This document shows, one piece after another, positions 26,188 to 38,375 of a stretch of 64,000 bases of DNA. Under the pieces are notes generated by a model. That model did not search any database. It was not told where the DNA came from and was given only the letters and a program-made list of their open reading frames with translations. The position numbers and the translations under genes were made by a program. Within the stretch, counting starts at the first letter, position 1; each line of letters opens with the position of its first letter. This DNA comes from Eledone cirrhosa (Eukaryota), in NCBI GenBank assembly GCA_964016885.1, contig OZ024741.1:98642001-98706000 (forward strand), given 5' to 3'.

Positions 26188-26975
26188 ATTATTTTTTAAC
26201 TTGGCAGGTCTGGAGGAAGAAGCAGCACAGCTGGTCTTTATACATTCTAGAGCGCCAGAAGGAGTAATGGGGTTAATATTCCGCTAAAACTGTTACAGGT
26301 AAGGTGATGGGTAAGGGCAAAATTTCGAACAGGAAGAACTGAGTTGTCTTAGAAGGAGAGATCCTCAGTGGTTGTAAAGCTAAGCATTTGGAGTGATTGT
26401 GAGGCTCTGGTTGTGTACTGCTAATGCGTCAGAATAATATTGGCAATGGTGGGGGACTGCTATTGTTGAAAAGAACGACAGTAACATAATTTCAGTGGAG
26501 TATAATGTAGAGGTGTTTAATTAAGGTATCTTGGCTGTCTTAACACGGAGTGTTGTGATTACATGAGGATGACACTTGGTTGGACAAGGTTATGTAAGAA
26601 TGGAGGGTGATGTGATCTAGAGAAGTGTGGGCGTTAGTGAACGTGGGTAATCATTGATGCAGAGAAGGAAAAAGCTGAGGGAAATCAAAATGAACGTAGA
26701 GCACATCTTTGAGATATTAGGAGTCAATTTAACGGGACGTAGTTGGGAGAGTCAACGGTTTTGCATTTCTTCAGAAGGAAAATTGTACTAAAGTTTACTG
26801 CATTTCATTTTCATCGAAATTTTCAGATTTTCTTCGCAAACATACTCACATACACACACACACATACACACACAAACAGAAACTCAGACATACAAACAAA
26901 CACCTACATCCCATATATATATACCACCTCTCAGTAGTCAGATCCCTCACATCATTATGTTACATTATGTTATTC

Positions 26976-27160
26976 GGTGGATTGGCAGTATCAGTAGAGT
27001 GTCGGACGCCATGCTTTGCAGCAAAGAGTTACGGCCCTTTGTGTTCTGAGTTCAAATCCAGCCGAGGTTAACTTTGCCTTTCATGCTTATGGGGTCGATA
27101 AAATAAAGTACCAGTAATACACTGGTTAATTGCTGGCCTTGTGCCAAAAGTAGAAATAAT
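26976..27160 (+). mobile_element. tRNA-derived SINE
   Basis: Family consensus; ATTATGTTATTCG on both sides. Confidence 0.9.
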
Positions 27161-27165
27161 TATGT

Positions 27166-27219
27166 TATTCGAGGCCCTATTCTGCACCGACAAGTCCTGT
27201 TCCTTTTCTGACACTCCTT

Positions 27220-27288
<69 letters not shown>

Positions 27289-27303
27289 ATATATATATAT
27301 ATA

Positions 27304-27345
<42 letters not shown>

Positions 27346-27395
27346 GTGACAGAAAAGGAACAGGACTTATCGGTGCAGAATAGGGCCTCGAATAT
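27166..27395. repeat. ~55-bp inverted repeat enclosing a (TA)n tract
   Basis: TATTCGAGGCCCTATTCTGCACCGACAAGTCCTGTTCCTTTTCTG / CAGAAAAGGAACAGGACTTATCGGTGCAGAATAGGGCCTCGAATA. Confidence 0.85.
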
Positions 27396-27521
27396 TGTAA
27401 TCAAACCCTGAGCCCATCGATATCAAACCAATTGTTATAGGGAATAAATATAAATTCATTTACGTTCAAATTTGATTTTGTGCCTGTTTACTTATATATA
27501 TATATATTTTTTTTTTATATC

Positions 27522-27680
27522 GTAGAGCTTCTACAGGACTAGAACTGTTTCAGTCATGAGAAATCATCAGAATGAAACTGTTCTAGTCCTGTAGAAGCTC
27601 TTCTATGTTAAAACTTTTATACTCTGCTATGTATTGAGTACCTTACTTACTGTGATTACCTCCGATTCAACACGGAATAA

Positions 27681-27683
<3 letters not shown>
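27522..27683 (+). mobile_element. Short fold-back PLE-end element with partial HHR
   Basis: AGAGCTTCTACAGGACTAGAAC / GTTCTAGTCCTGTAGAAGCTCT; minus-strand CTGATGA..GAAAC..GTC in the centre. Confidence 0.65.
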
Positions 27684-27736
<53 letters not shown>

Positions 27737-27738
<2 letters not shown>

Positions 27739-28320
27739 ACGAAGGAAATGTGGTAATGAACCAGGTGGACCATAACGCACCAAAGTACACAATACTTAGG
27801 GTAGTAGAGTGGGTAATAGGAACAAGTAAGACCCCGACGGCTGAGCTCAAGCCGTTTCGACGGCTAATTCTGTACTGAATGAAAATTTATTCTGGTATTT
27901 AAATAGCCGAACTTATCAAGTGGTAATTCCATATATGGTCAAAGAGATAATCACCAGGATTGGTCACATCACAAGTTAGTAGTAAATCTGTGATGGCAAG
28001 TTGGTGGGGGAAGGGGTAGCTAAACCTGCCGGTAGGAGAAAAAGGGAGAGGGGGTGGAGTAGACTCATTCATGCGTTGGTAGTGCCAGCTACAGCTGGGT
28101 GTAAGGTCAAAGAGGATACTGGGGGGGAGGGGGGAGGTCGAAACGGTAAGTAGAACAATGAAGGGTAAAACTAAAAGGTACTGAGAGAGAAAAAATAAAT
28201 AAATAAATAAGCGAAGTCTGGTTACTAGGACTTAAGTCTCTCGCTATTGCTAGGCTAAAGAAATACATAAATAAATAAATAAACAAATAAGTGAATAAAA
28301 GAATAGATAAATAAATTTTA

Positions 28321-28384
<64 letters not shown>

Positions 28385-29993
28385 GTAGAATAAAAAAATA
28401 AATAATAATAATAGAAATAAACTAGGTGGGACGGAAATAAAGGGACCCTTATACGAGGTATAAGTGCGTGTATCGTACGGTGACGGGTCAACAGAGGGGG
28501 GGGGGGGCAGAATACTAAAGAGACTACCACGAAATAATAAAGGTTTCTACCCCAATCACAGGGCCAGCAACCACCCAGTGCAAGAAAGTAAACTAGTACG
28601 AGAATATAATTCAGGGTCCCGCAAAAAAATACTAGTGCTAACTCTAAGGGTACCGCCACGAAACAAAAAGTCTTATACAAGCTACATGAAAGATCGTACG
28701 AAGTAAAAATAAAGAACGGAAAATTAATACAGGAACATTCCCCCCCCCCCCCCCCAAAAAAAGGGAAAAAGACGAAAGAAATACTGGATAAACGGATAAA
28801 GCAAAGATGTCACTAAGAAATATAGAAGGCACGGAAAAAAGGGACAGCGGTCGGAGAAGAGGGCGAGTATCCGAAGTCTAACACCTCTGCTATAAAAAGC
28901 GGAGTCAGCCAAATCTATCATAGAATAGGGGAGGGGTGGGGGTGCTGAAGTCACAAGGGACCGATGGGCTACCTCGGGTGGGCGAGAAAAAGACGACGAC
29001 AAAGAAAACGACAAAGAAAAGGAACTGGGGTAGAAGGACTAGGGAGGGATGGGGGGAAGGAGGAAATATAGAGGAAGCGATAAAAGAATGTAAAAAAAGG
29101 GGGGGGTGTTCCTGTATTAATTTTCCGTTCTTTATTTTTACTTCGTACGATCTTTCATGTAGCTTGTATAAGACGTTTTTGTTTCTTGGCGGTACCCTTA
29201 GAGTTAGCACTAGTATTTTTTTTGCGGGACCCTGAATTATATTCTCGTACTACTTTACTTTCTTGCACTGGGTGGTTGCTGGCCCTGTGATTGGGGTAGA
29301 AACCTTTATTATTTCGTGGTAGTCTCTTTAGTATTCTGCTCCCCCCCTCTGTTGACCCGTCACCGTACGATACACGCACTTATACCTCGTATAAGGGTCC
29401 CTTTATTTCCGTCCCACCTAGTTTATTTCTATTATTATTATTTATTTTTTTATTCTACATTATATATATATATATATATATATATTTTTAAAATTTATTT
29501 ATCTATTCTTTTATTCACTTATTTGTTTATTTATTTATTTATGTATTTCTTTAGCCTAGCAATAGCGAGAGACTTAAGTCCTAGTAACCAGACTTCGCTT
29601 ATTTATTTTTTTTTTTCTCTCTCAGTACCTTTTAGTTTTACCCTTCATTGTTCTACTTACCGTTTCGACCTCCTCCCCTCCCCCTCCCCAGTATCCTCTT
29701 TGACCTTACACCCAGCTGTAGCTGGCACTACCAACGCATGAATGAGTCTACTCCACCCCCTCTCCCTTTTCCTCCTACCGGCAGGTTTAGCTACCCCTTC
29801 CCCCACCAACTTGCCATCACAGATTTACTACTAGCTTGTGATGTGACCAATCCTGGTGATTATCTCTTTGACCATATATGGAATTACCCCTTGATAAGTT
29901 CGGCTATTTAAATACCAGAATAAATTTTCATTCAGTACAGAATTAGCCATCGAAACGGCTTGAGCTCAGCCATCGGGGTCTTACTTGTTCCTA
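27737..29993 (-). mobile_element. Long fold-back member of the GACCCCGACGG family (arms ~27817-28745 and 29098-29993), non-coding, PLE 3' UTR-like
   Basis: ~0.9-kb near-identical inverted arms, 80-bp tail only on the left arm, (TA)n flanks. Confidence 0.85.
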
Positions 29994-30012
29994 TATATAT
30001 ATATATATATAT

Positions 30013-31860
30013 ATAAATTGAAACAAAATGAAAACGAAATTTCATTTCTCACTCTTAGTATGGCACTTACTTAAATGTAAGTATGCATGTATACGTACAT
30101 ACATATATGTATACAGACGTACAGTAGCATGCACATATATATATATATATACATATATATATACATATGCATACAGGTACACATACATATATGCACGTAT
30201 CAGTTTAGCGGCGCTAACGTCGCTTTGTTCGTTTGTAAACAAACTGAACAGCCTGAATTTATGCCATACGGTGTTAAGGCAACCACGTCACCTTTTTGTT
30301 CAACACTGACACAGGAACGATGTACTAGTTTCAAGCTTGTTAGCTATCATCAGCACCGTTTACCCATCTGCCAGATAGTTGAACGTTCGAAAGTATATAC
30401 TTTCCTTATGAAAATTAACGGCTGAGCAGCCTAATTTGCATATTGAGTGAGTTAAATCGGTCAGGCATACCGAAAACGATAAATTGAAACAAAATGAAAA
30501 CGAAATTTCATTTCTCACTCTTAGTATGGCACTTACTTAAATGTAAGTATGCATGTATACGTACATACATATATGTATACAGACGTACAGTAGCATGCAC
30601 ATATATATATATATATACATATATATATACATATGCATACAGGTACACATACATATATGCACGTATCAGTTTAGCGGCGCTAACGTCGCTTTGTTCGTTT
30701 GTAAACAAACTGAACAGCCTGAATTTATGCCATACGGTGTTAAGGCAACCACGTCACCTTTTTGTTCAACACTGACACAGGAACGATGTACTAGTTTCAA
30801 GCTTGTTAGCTATCATCAGCACCGTTTACCCATCTGCCAGATAGTTGAACGTTCGAAAGTATATACTTTCCTTATGAAAATTAACGGCTGAGCAGCCTAA
30901 TTTGCATATTGAGTGAGTTAAATCGGTCAGGCATACCGAAAACGATAAATTGAAACAAAATGAAAACGAAATTTCATTTCTCACTCTTAGTATGGCACTT
31001 ACTTAAATGTAAGTATGCATGTATACGTACATACATATATGTATACAGACGTACAGTAGCATGCACATATATATATATATATACATATATATATACATAT
31101 GCATACAGGTACACATACATATATGCACGTATCAGTTTAGCGGCGCTAACGTCGCTTTGTTCGTTTGTAAACAAACTGAACAGCCTGAATTTATGCCATA
31201 CGGTGTTAAGGCAACCACGTCACCTTTTTGTTCAACACTGACACAGGAACGATGTACTAGTTTCAAGCTTGTTAGCTATCATCAGCACCGTTTACCCATC
31301 TGCCAGATAGTTGAACGTTCGAAAGTATATACTTTCCTTATGAAAATTAACGGCTGAGCAGCCTAATTTGCATATTGAGTGAGTTAAATCGGTCAGGCAT
31401 ACCGAAAACGATAAATTGAAACAAAATGAAAACGAAATTTCATTTCTCACTCTTAGTATGGCACTTACTTAAATGTAAGTATGCATGTATACGTACATAC
31501 ATATATGTATACAGACGTACAGTAGCATGCACATATATATATATATATACATATATATATACATATGCATACAGGTACACATACATATATGCACGTATCA
31601 GTTTAGCGGCGCTAACGTCGCTTTGTTCGTTTGTAAACAAACTGAACAGCCTGAATTTATGCCATACGGTGTTAAGGCAACCACGTCACCTTTTTGTTCA
31701 ACACTGACACAGGAACGATGTACTAGTTTCAAGCTTGTTAGCTATCATCAGCACCGTTTACCCATCTGCCAGATAGTTGAACGTTCGAAAGTATATACTT
31801 TCCTTATGAAAATTAACGGCTGAGCAGCCTAATTTGCATATTGAGTGAGTTAAATCGGTC
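30013..31860 (-). repeat. 466-bp tandem array, left arm (~3.97 units), one HHR per unit on the minus strand
   Basis: Identical ORFs recur every 466 bp; HHRs at 30316-30360, 30782-30826, 31248-31292, 31714-31758. Confidence 0.97.
30316..30360 (-). ncRNA. Type I hammerhead ribozyme (first of four minus-strand copies)
   Basis: Reverse complement of AACGGTG-CTGATGA-TAGCT.AACA.AGCTT-GAAA-CTAG-TA-CATCGTT. Confidence 0.88.
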
Positions 31861-31973
31861 ATGCATACTTACATTTAAGTAAGTGCCATACTAAGAGTGA
31901 GAAATGAAATTTCGTTTTCATTTTGTTTCAATTTATCGTTTTCGGTATGCCTGACCGATTTAACTCACTCAAT

Positions 31974-32026
31974 ATGCAAATTAGGCTGCTCAGCCGTTAA
32001 TTTTCATAAGGAAAGTATATACTTTC
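31974..32026 (+). promoter_or_regulatory. Candidate internal promoter: octamer ATGCAAAT plus palindromic TATA-like GAAAGTATATACTTTC, in every unit
   Basis: Octamer 31974-31981, palindrome 32011-32026, upstream of the HHR on the same strand. Confidence 0.35.
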
Positions 32027-32054
32027 GAACGTTCAACTATCTGGCAGATGGGTA

Positions 32055-32099
32055 AACGGTGCTGATGATAGCTAACAAGCTTGAAACTAGTACATCGTT
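32055..32099 (+). ncRNA. Type I hammerhead ribozyme (first of seven plus-strand copies); predicted cleavage after 32092
   Basis: Stem I AACGGTG/CATCGTT, core CTGATGA, stem II AGCT/AGCT, GAAA, palindromic stem III CTAG, GUA site. Confidence 0.88.
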
Positions 32100-35000
32100 C
32101 CTGTGTCAGTGTTGAACAAAAAGGTGACGTGGTTGCCTTAACACCGTATGGCATAAATTCAGGCTGTTCAGTTTGTTTACAAACGAACAAAGCGACGTTA
32201 GCGCCGCTAAACTGATACGTGCATATATGTATGTGTACCTGTATGCATATGTATATATATATGTATATATATATATATATGTGCATGCTACTGTACGTCT
32301 GTATACATATATGTATGTACGTATACATGCATACTTACATTTAAGTAAGTGCCATACTAAGAGTGAGAAATGAAATTTCGTTTTCATTTTGTTTCAATTT
32401 ATCGTTTTCGGTATGCCTGACCGATTTAACTCACTCAATATGCAAATTAGGCTGCTCAGCCGTTAATTTTCATAAGGAAAGTATATACTTTCGAACGTTC
32501 AACTATCTGGCAGATGGGTAAACGGTGCTGATGATAGCTAACAAGCTTGAAACTAGTACATCGTTCCTGTGTCAGTGTTGAACAAAAAGGTGACGTGGTT
32601 GCCTTAACACCGTATGGCATAAATTCAGGCTGTTCAGTTTGTTTACAAACGAACAAAGCGACGTTAGCGCCGCTAAACTGATACGTGCATATATGTATGT
32701 GTACCTGTATGCATATGTATATATATATGTATATATATATATATATGTGCATGCTACTGTACGTCTGTATACATATATGTATGTACGTATACATGCATAC
32801 TTACATTTAAGTAAGTGCCATACTAAGAGTGAGAAATGAAATTTCGTTTTCATTTTGTTTCAATTTATCGTTTTCGGTATGCCTGACCGATTTAACTCAC
32901 TCAATATGCAAATTAGGCTGCTCAGCCGTTAATTTTCATAAGGAAAGTATATACTTTCGAACGTTCAACTATCTGGCAGATGGGTAAACGGTGCTGATGA
33001 TAGCTAACAAGCTTGAAACTAGTACATCGTTCCTGTGTCAGTGTTGAACAAAAAGGTGACGTGGTTGCCTTAACACCGTATGGCATAAATTCAGGCTGTT
33101 CAGTTTGTTTACAAACGAACAAAGCGACGTTAGCGCCGCTAAACTGATACGTGCATATATGTATGTGTACCTGTATGCATATGTATATATATATGTATAT
33201 ATATATATATATGTGCATGCTACTGTACGTCTGTATACATATATGTATGTACGTATACATGCATACTTACATTTAAGTAAGTGCCATACTAAGAGTGAGA
33301 AATGAAATTTCGTTTTCATTTTGTTTCAATTTATCGTTTTCGGTATGCCTGACCGATTTAACTCACTCAATATGCAAATTAGGCTGCTCAGCCGTTAATT
33401 TTCATAAGGAAAGTATATACTTTCGAACGTTCAACTATCTGGCAGATGGGTAAACGGTGCTGATGATAGCTAACAAGCTTGAAACTAGTACATCGTTCCT
33501 GTGTCAGTGTTGAACAAAAAGGTGACGTGGTTGCCTTAACACCGTATGGCATAAATTCAGGCTGTTCAGTTTGTTTACAAACGAACAAAGCGACGTTAGC
33601 GCCGCTAAACTGATACGTGCATATATGTATGTGTACCTGTATGCATATGTATATATATATGTATATATATATATATATGTGCATGCTACTGTACGTCTGT
33701 ATACATATATGTATGTACGTATACATGCATACTTACATTTAAGTAAGTGCCATACTAAGAGTGAGAAATGAAATTTCGTTTTCATTTTGTTTCAATTTAT
33801 CGTTTTCGGTATGCCTGACCGATTTAACTCACTCAATATGCAAATTAGGCTGCTCAGCCGTTAATTTTCATAAGGAAAGTATATACTTTCGAACGTTCAA
33901 CTATCTGGCAGATGGGTAAACGGTGCTGATGATAGCTAACAAGCTTGAAACTAGTACATCGTTCCTGTGTCAGTGTTGAACAAAAAGGTGACGTGGTTGC
34001 CTTAACACCGTATGGCATAAATTCAGGCTGTTCAGTTTGTTTACAAACGAACAAAGCGACGTTAGCGCCGCTAAACTGATACGTGCATATATGTATGTGT
34101 ACCTGTATGCATATGTATATATATATGTATATATATATATATATGTGCATGCTACTGTACGTCTGTATACATATATGTATGTACGTATACATGCATACTT
34201 ACATTTAAGTAAGTGCCATACTAAGAGTGAGAAATGAAATTTCGTTTTCATTTTGTTTCAATTTATCGTTTTCGGTATGCCTGACCGATTTAACTCACTC
34301 AATATGCAAATTAGGCTGCTCAGCCGTTAATTTTCATAAGGAAAGTATATACTTTCGAACGTTCAACTATCTGGCAGATGGGTAAACGGTGCTGATGATA
34401 GCTAACAAGCTTGAAACTAGTACATCGTTCCTGTGTCAGTGTTGAACAAAAAGGTGACGTGGTTGCCTTAACACCGTATGGCATAAATTCAGGCTGTTCA
34501 GTTTGTTTACAAACGAACAAAGCGACGTTAGCGCCGCTAAACTGATACGTGCATATATGTATGTGTACCTGTATGCATATGTATATATATATGTATATAT
34601 ATATATATATGTGCATGCTACTGTACGTCTGTATACATATATGTATGTACGTATACATGCATACTTACATTTAAGTAAGTGCCATACTAAGAGTGAGAAA
34701 TGAAATTTCGTTTTCATTTTGTTTCAATTTATCGTTTTCGGTATGCCTGACCGATTTAACTCACTCAATATGCAAATTAGGCTGCTCAGCCGTTAATTTT
34801 CATAAGGAAAGTATATACTTTCGAACGTTCAACTATCTGGCAGATGGGTAAACGGTGCTGATGATAGCTAACAAGCTTGAAACTAGTACATCGTTCCTGT
34901 GTCAGTGTTGAACAAAAAGGTGACGTGGTTGCCTTAACACCGTATGGCATAAATTCAGGCTGTTCAGTTTGTTTACAAACGAACAAAGCGACGTTAGCGC

Positions 35001-35152
35001 CGCTAAACTGATACGTGCATATATGTATGTGTACCTGTATGCATATGTATATATATATGTATATATATATATATATGTGCATGCTACTGTACGTCTGTAT
35101 ACATATATGTATGTACGTATACATGCATACTTATATATATATATATATATAT

Positions 35153-35633
35153 AAAAGAAATTAAAAGATGGTTAAAAATGTTCCATATATTTTATTATGC
35201 GCATTTCGAAAACAACACCATCCTGGGACAAAAATTGTGTTCCCATCAGATAAAATAAGGTAACATGATATGAGGCCTAAAAACACTTGTGAACCAGAAA
35301 GTGTCAGGTCTACACATGACAAAAATATAAGAGAAGAGAAAAAAATAGGAAAAACTTTTTCTCTTCTCTTATATTTTTGTCATGTGTAGACCTGACACTT
35401 TCTGGTTCACAAGTGTTTTTAGGCCTCATATCATGTTACCTTATTTTATCTGATGGGAACACAATTTTTGTCCCAGGATGGTGTTGTTTTCGAAATGCGC
35501 ATAATAAAATATATGGAACTTTTTTAACCATCTTTTAATTTCTTCTTTATATATACTCCAGTTCTACCAACTATTGAGTGCTACTTATCTGATATATGCA
35601 TAGTTTTATTGTTCTACACTATTACTCACCTCC

Positions 35634-35634
<1 letters not shown>
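35153..35634 (+). mobile_element. Fold-back PLE-end element with HHR in each arm and ~85-bp tail
   Basis: Arms 35153-35345 / 35356-35548; same family as 17278-17700; (TA)n flanks. Confidence 0.85.
35442..35511 (+). ncRNA. Type I hammerhead ribozyme, CTGATGG core variant (mirror copy at ~35188-35257, minus)
   Basis: TATTTTAT-CTGATGG-GAAC...TTTC-GAAA-TGCGCA-TA-ATAAAATA. Confidence 0.7.
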
Positions 35635-35666
<32 letters not shown>

Positions 35667-36025
35667 ATATATTGTATATTTGTATAATTATATGTGTGTG
35701 TGCCCGAGCGCACACACAGTGACGCACACGCACGTATATATGTATATGTATTATATCTATATATACACACAAAATGTGCGACTGTTTACTAGGTTGGATT
35801 AGCTCTAACATTCATGTCAGGAACCAAGAGACGTTGCTATGCCAAGGACATTTATCTTTCCTAAAATCCTTCTCTACATTGGAATGCTTATGCGAAAATT
35901 AAATACACTTAGCTTGTGCATTTTAAATTGTTTATGTGTGGCAATAAAAGCTATAGGTTAAAAACAGAACACATAATACACACACACACACAAGATACAG
36001 ACACATAATATACACACACACACAA

Positions 36026-36108
<83 letters not shown>

Positions 36109-36204
36109 GTAACATGTGCTTACGCTGTATTTGACTAAATAGAATTAGTCTGTTAGTTAGTATTTAAGAAGACCCTCTGAATGGAAATGATGAATATTGA
36201 TGTA

Positions 36205-36267
36205 CATGGGCACTAACCCATAGTTTTGGTTTGCCAGACCAATGTGTTACCATTACACCAACACGCC
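36205..36267 (-). pseudogene. Degenerate tRNA-like sequence (pseudogene or SINE head)
   Basis: Minus strand GGCGTGT-TG-GTGTAATGGTAACAC-A-TTGGT.CTGGCAA.ACCAA; T arm decayed. Confidence 0.4.
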
Positions 36268-36339
36268 ACCCATGCTTCCTTACATTCAATTATATACCTT
36301 CCATAAATATATATCTTCTATGGTTATATAACGTCTAAT

Positions 36340-37260
36340 TGAATGGAAGGAAACAGGATTTCGTGAGAGATCTTCCGCGTTTACGTTTCTCATAGTTTTT
36401 GTATCAGGTTCGTTGCCTCTCATGTCATGTCATGCGAGTTGTAAACGCCTGACAGAGATAGTATGGCTAATAGGGGAGAGGTTGTCTAGAAAATTTCGTT
36501 TGATGTTTTTTATCCTTCTTAACATTCGTGTATTGTAAGCATCTACAGTTTTGGTGATAAGTATTGTCTCTGACCATGATTCACAAGTATACAGTAAGAT
36601 TGATTCCACTGTGGCTTTGAATAATTTACCTTTTTTTTGTGTGTTTATTTTAGATTTGTACACTTTATCTATCAAGTTCTTAGAAGAGCATGCTTGTGCT
36701 CTCCTGTTGTTTATATCATTTGACGAGTTGGTGTATGTGACAAGTTATTTGAAATCATCTACTGTTTCGAGAACAACATTGCTTAATGATTTGGTGTATG
36801 TTGCTTGTTCTGAGTTCATGACCATGTATTTAGTTTTGTTGACATTCAGGAAGAGTCCCATAGCATAAGTAGAAACTTCAAGCGTATCTAAGGGATCCTC
36901 TGTCTTAGTGAATCTGCATAAGAAAATGTCATTAGCGAACTTCATATCTGCTAGGTGTTGTAACGGATATCTTGCACTTCAACGCATTTGAAGAGTAAAG
37001 CCATCAACATCCTCAACACGTAGTGCATAATCAAGGGCCATGTTAAATAAATACAATGTCGGGGGATCGCCTTGAAGTATAACTGTGACTACCTGAAAGA
37101 AGTCAGTTTATCCTTCGTTACGAGATTGTTTTCTTACATGATCCTCATTTCATTAACGAGTTGAAGAGGAATACCGTAGGCAAGTAGAACTTCAAACATA
37201 CGCTCATGGTTAATGCTTTTAAAAGCTTTTCGGAATTCTATAAAGGATTTTTTATGATTA
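36340..37260 (-). pseudogene. Decayed RTE-like LINE reverse transcriptase
   Basis: FANDI (FADD-like), GLFLNVNKTKYM, LETVDDFK, LFKATVESILLYTCESW, MLRRI. Confidence 0.8.
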
Positions 37261-37825
37261 CTTACTTCTTCGATTAGACGATAGAGGGCCATAATGTGTG
37301 ACGATGTAGATCGAAATTCATTTTGGATTGGATGTAGGATTTTTCAATTTCCGAACGAATCTTGTTCAAGATAAGGCGATTGTAAATCAAGTATATATGT
37401 ATATTAAGGAGTACGCTAAGCAGTCGAAGTATACCATATATGTATATACACATAATATATGTAACCGAGACTGCGATAATGTGTACAAAAATTTGCACGT
37501 TGAGTATGTAGACATGGACATTCATATACACATTTACACTGTCTCGGTGAATATAAATCGGACTTTGCTTTGTCATATATTTTGGTTGCTTCGTGTGCAC
37601 CTAAACATATATCATATTTAACTACAAACATGTGCGATAAAAATATGCAATTAAGTACGTCTATTTCAGTATGCCACTATGAATATTAAGTTATATAAGC
37701 CCCTCGATTAAGTATTTCCTTGATGTTTAGATGATATACGTACCTTCTGATAAGAAGTGTAAATATGCTTGTAAACCAGTTCAAGATACATAAAACATAC
37801 ATACATACATGCATACATACATACA

Positions 37826-38340
37826 TGATGGCTGCAAACTCTGCTAAGAGTATTGTAATCGCTTGTCAGGTTGCAGAAAATAGTTCACTTTTAGGCTAAG
37901 GCCAGCCACATGAACCTATAATATAACCTGAACAAGTAATGCCTGTGCTTTAAAGGTTTTTTAAGTGAGGAAAAGCCTTGCACTCGACCAATCCCCGAGC
38001 ACTGAAAACACTACCCGAAAAGGAGAACTGGTCATCATCGGATGCTTCCGAAACCACAGGTTTTTTTGGTTTTTTTCAGAGTTTCCCTCTCTTAGAAAGG
38101 TGCTGTGAAAACAACACTCCCAGGAGAAAACAAAAAAAAACTTTTTAATACTATTTGGATGGCCGTTGACTCTACTGAGTTCCTCCGCCCTTTGCCGGGT
38201 TTTGTATTTCAACCCGCTGGGTGTACCTCTTCACCAAGCAAGGTTGGTGGTGCTGCCGGTTTAGTCGTCGACGACCCGACCACGAGACCGGATTTAATGG
38301 GTTACAAGTTACCAGTAGCACGCGAGAGCGACCTGTCATA
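37826..38340 (-). mobile_element. Probable LINE (RTE-like) 5' UTR fragment between (CATA)n tracts
   Basis: GC-richer structured segment with AGGGAAACTCTGA..AAACC and GGGCGGAGGAAC; same strand as and upstream of the RT remnant. Confidence 0.35.
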
Positions 38341-38375
38341 AATACATACATACGTACATACATACATACATACAT

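Larger units (their letters stand above)
31861..35133 (+). repeat. 466-bp tandem array, right arm (7 units plus ~11 bp), inverted relative to the left arm
   Basis: Reverse-complement units; HHRs start at 32055, 32521, 32987, 33453, 33919, 34385, 34851. Confidence 0.97.

Noticed and set aside
30013-35133. CRISPR array or 5S/snRNA/tRNA gene cluster
   Set aside because: No unique spacers or cas genes, eukaryotic context, and no recognisable 5S, snRNA or tRNA sequence in the unit.
30028-35154. Repeated 93, 66 and 112-aa ORFs in the 466-bp unit
   Set aside because: Dominated by TA/CA microsatellite translation; the unit is better explained as a ribozyme-bearing RNA.
37826-38340. HDV-like ribozyme in the putative RTE 5' UTR
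   Set aside because: I could not assemble the nested double pseudoknot by eye; would need a descriptor search.
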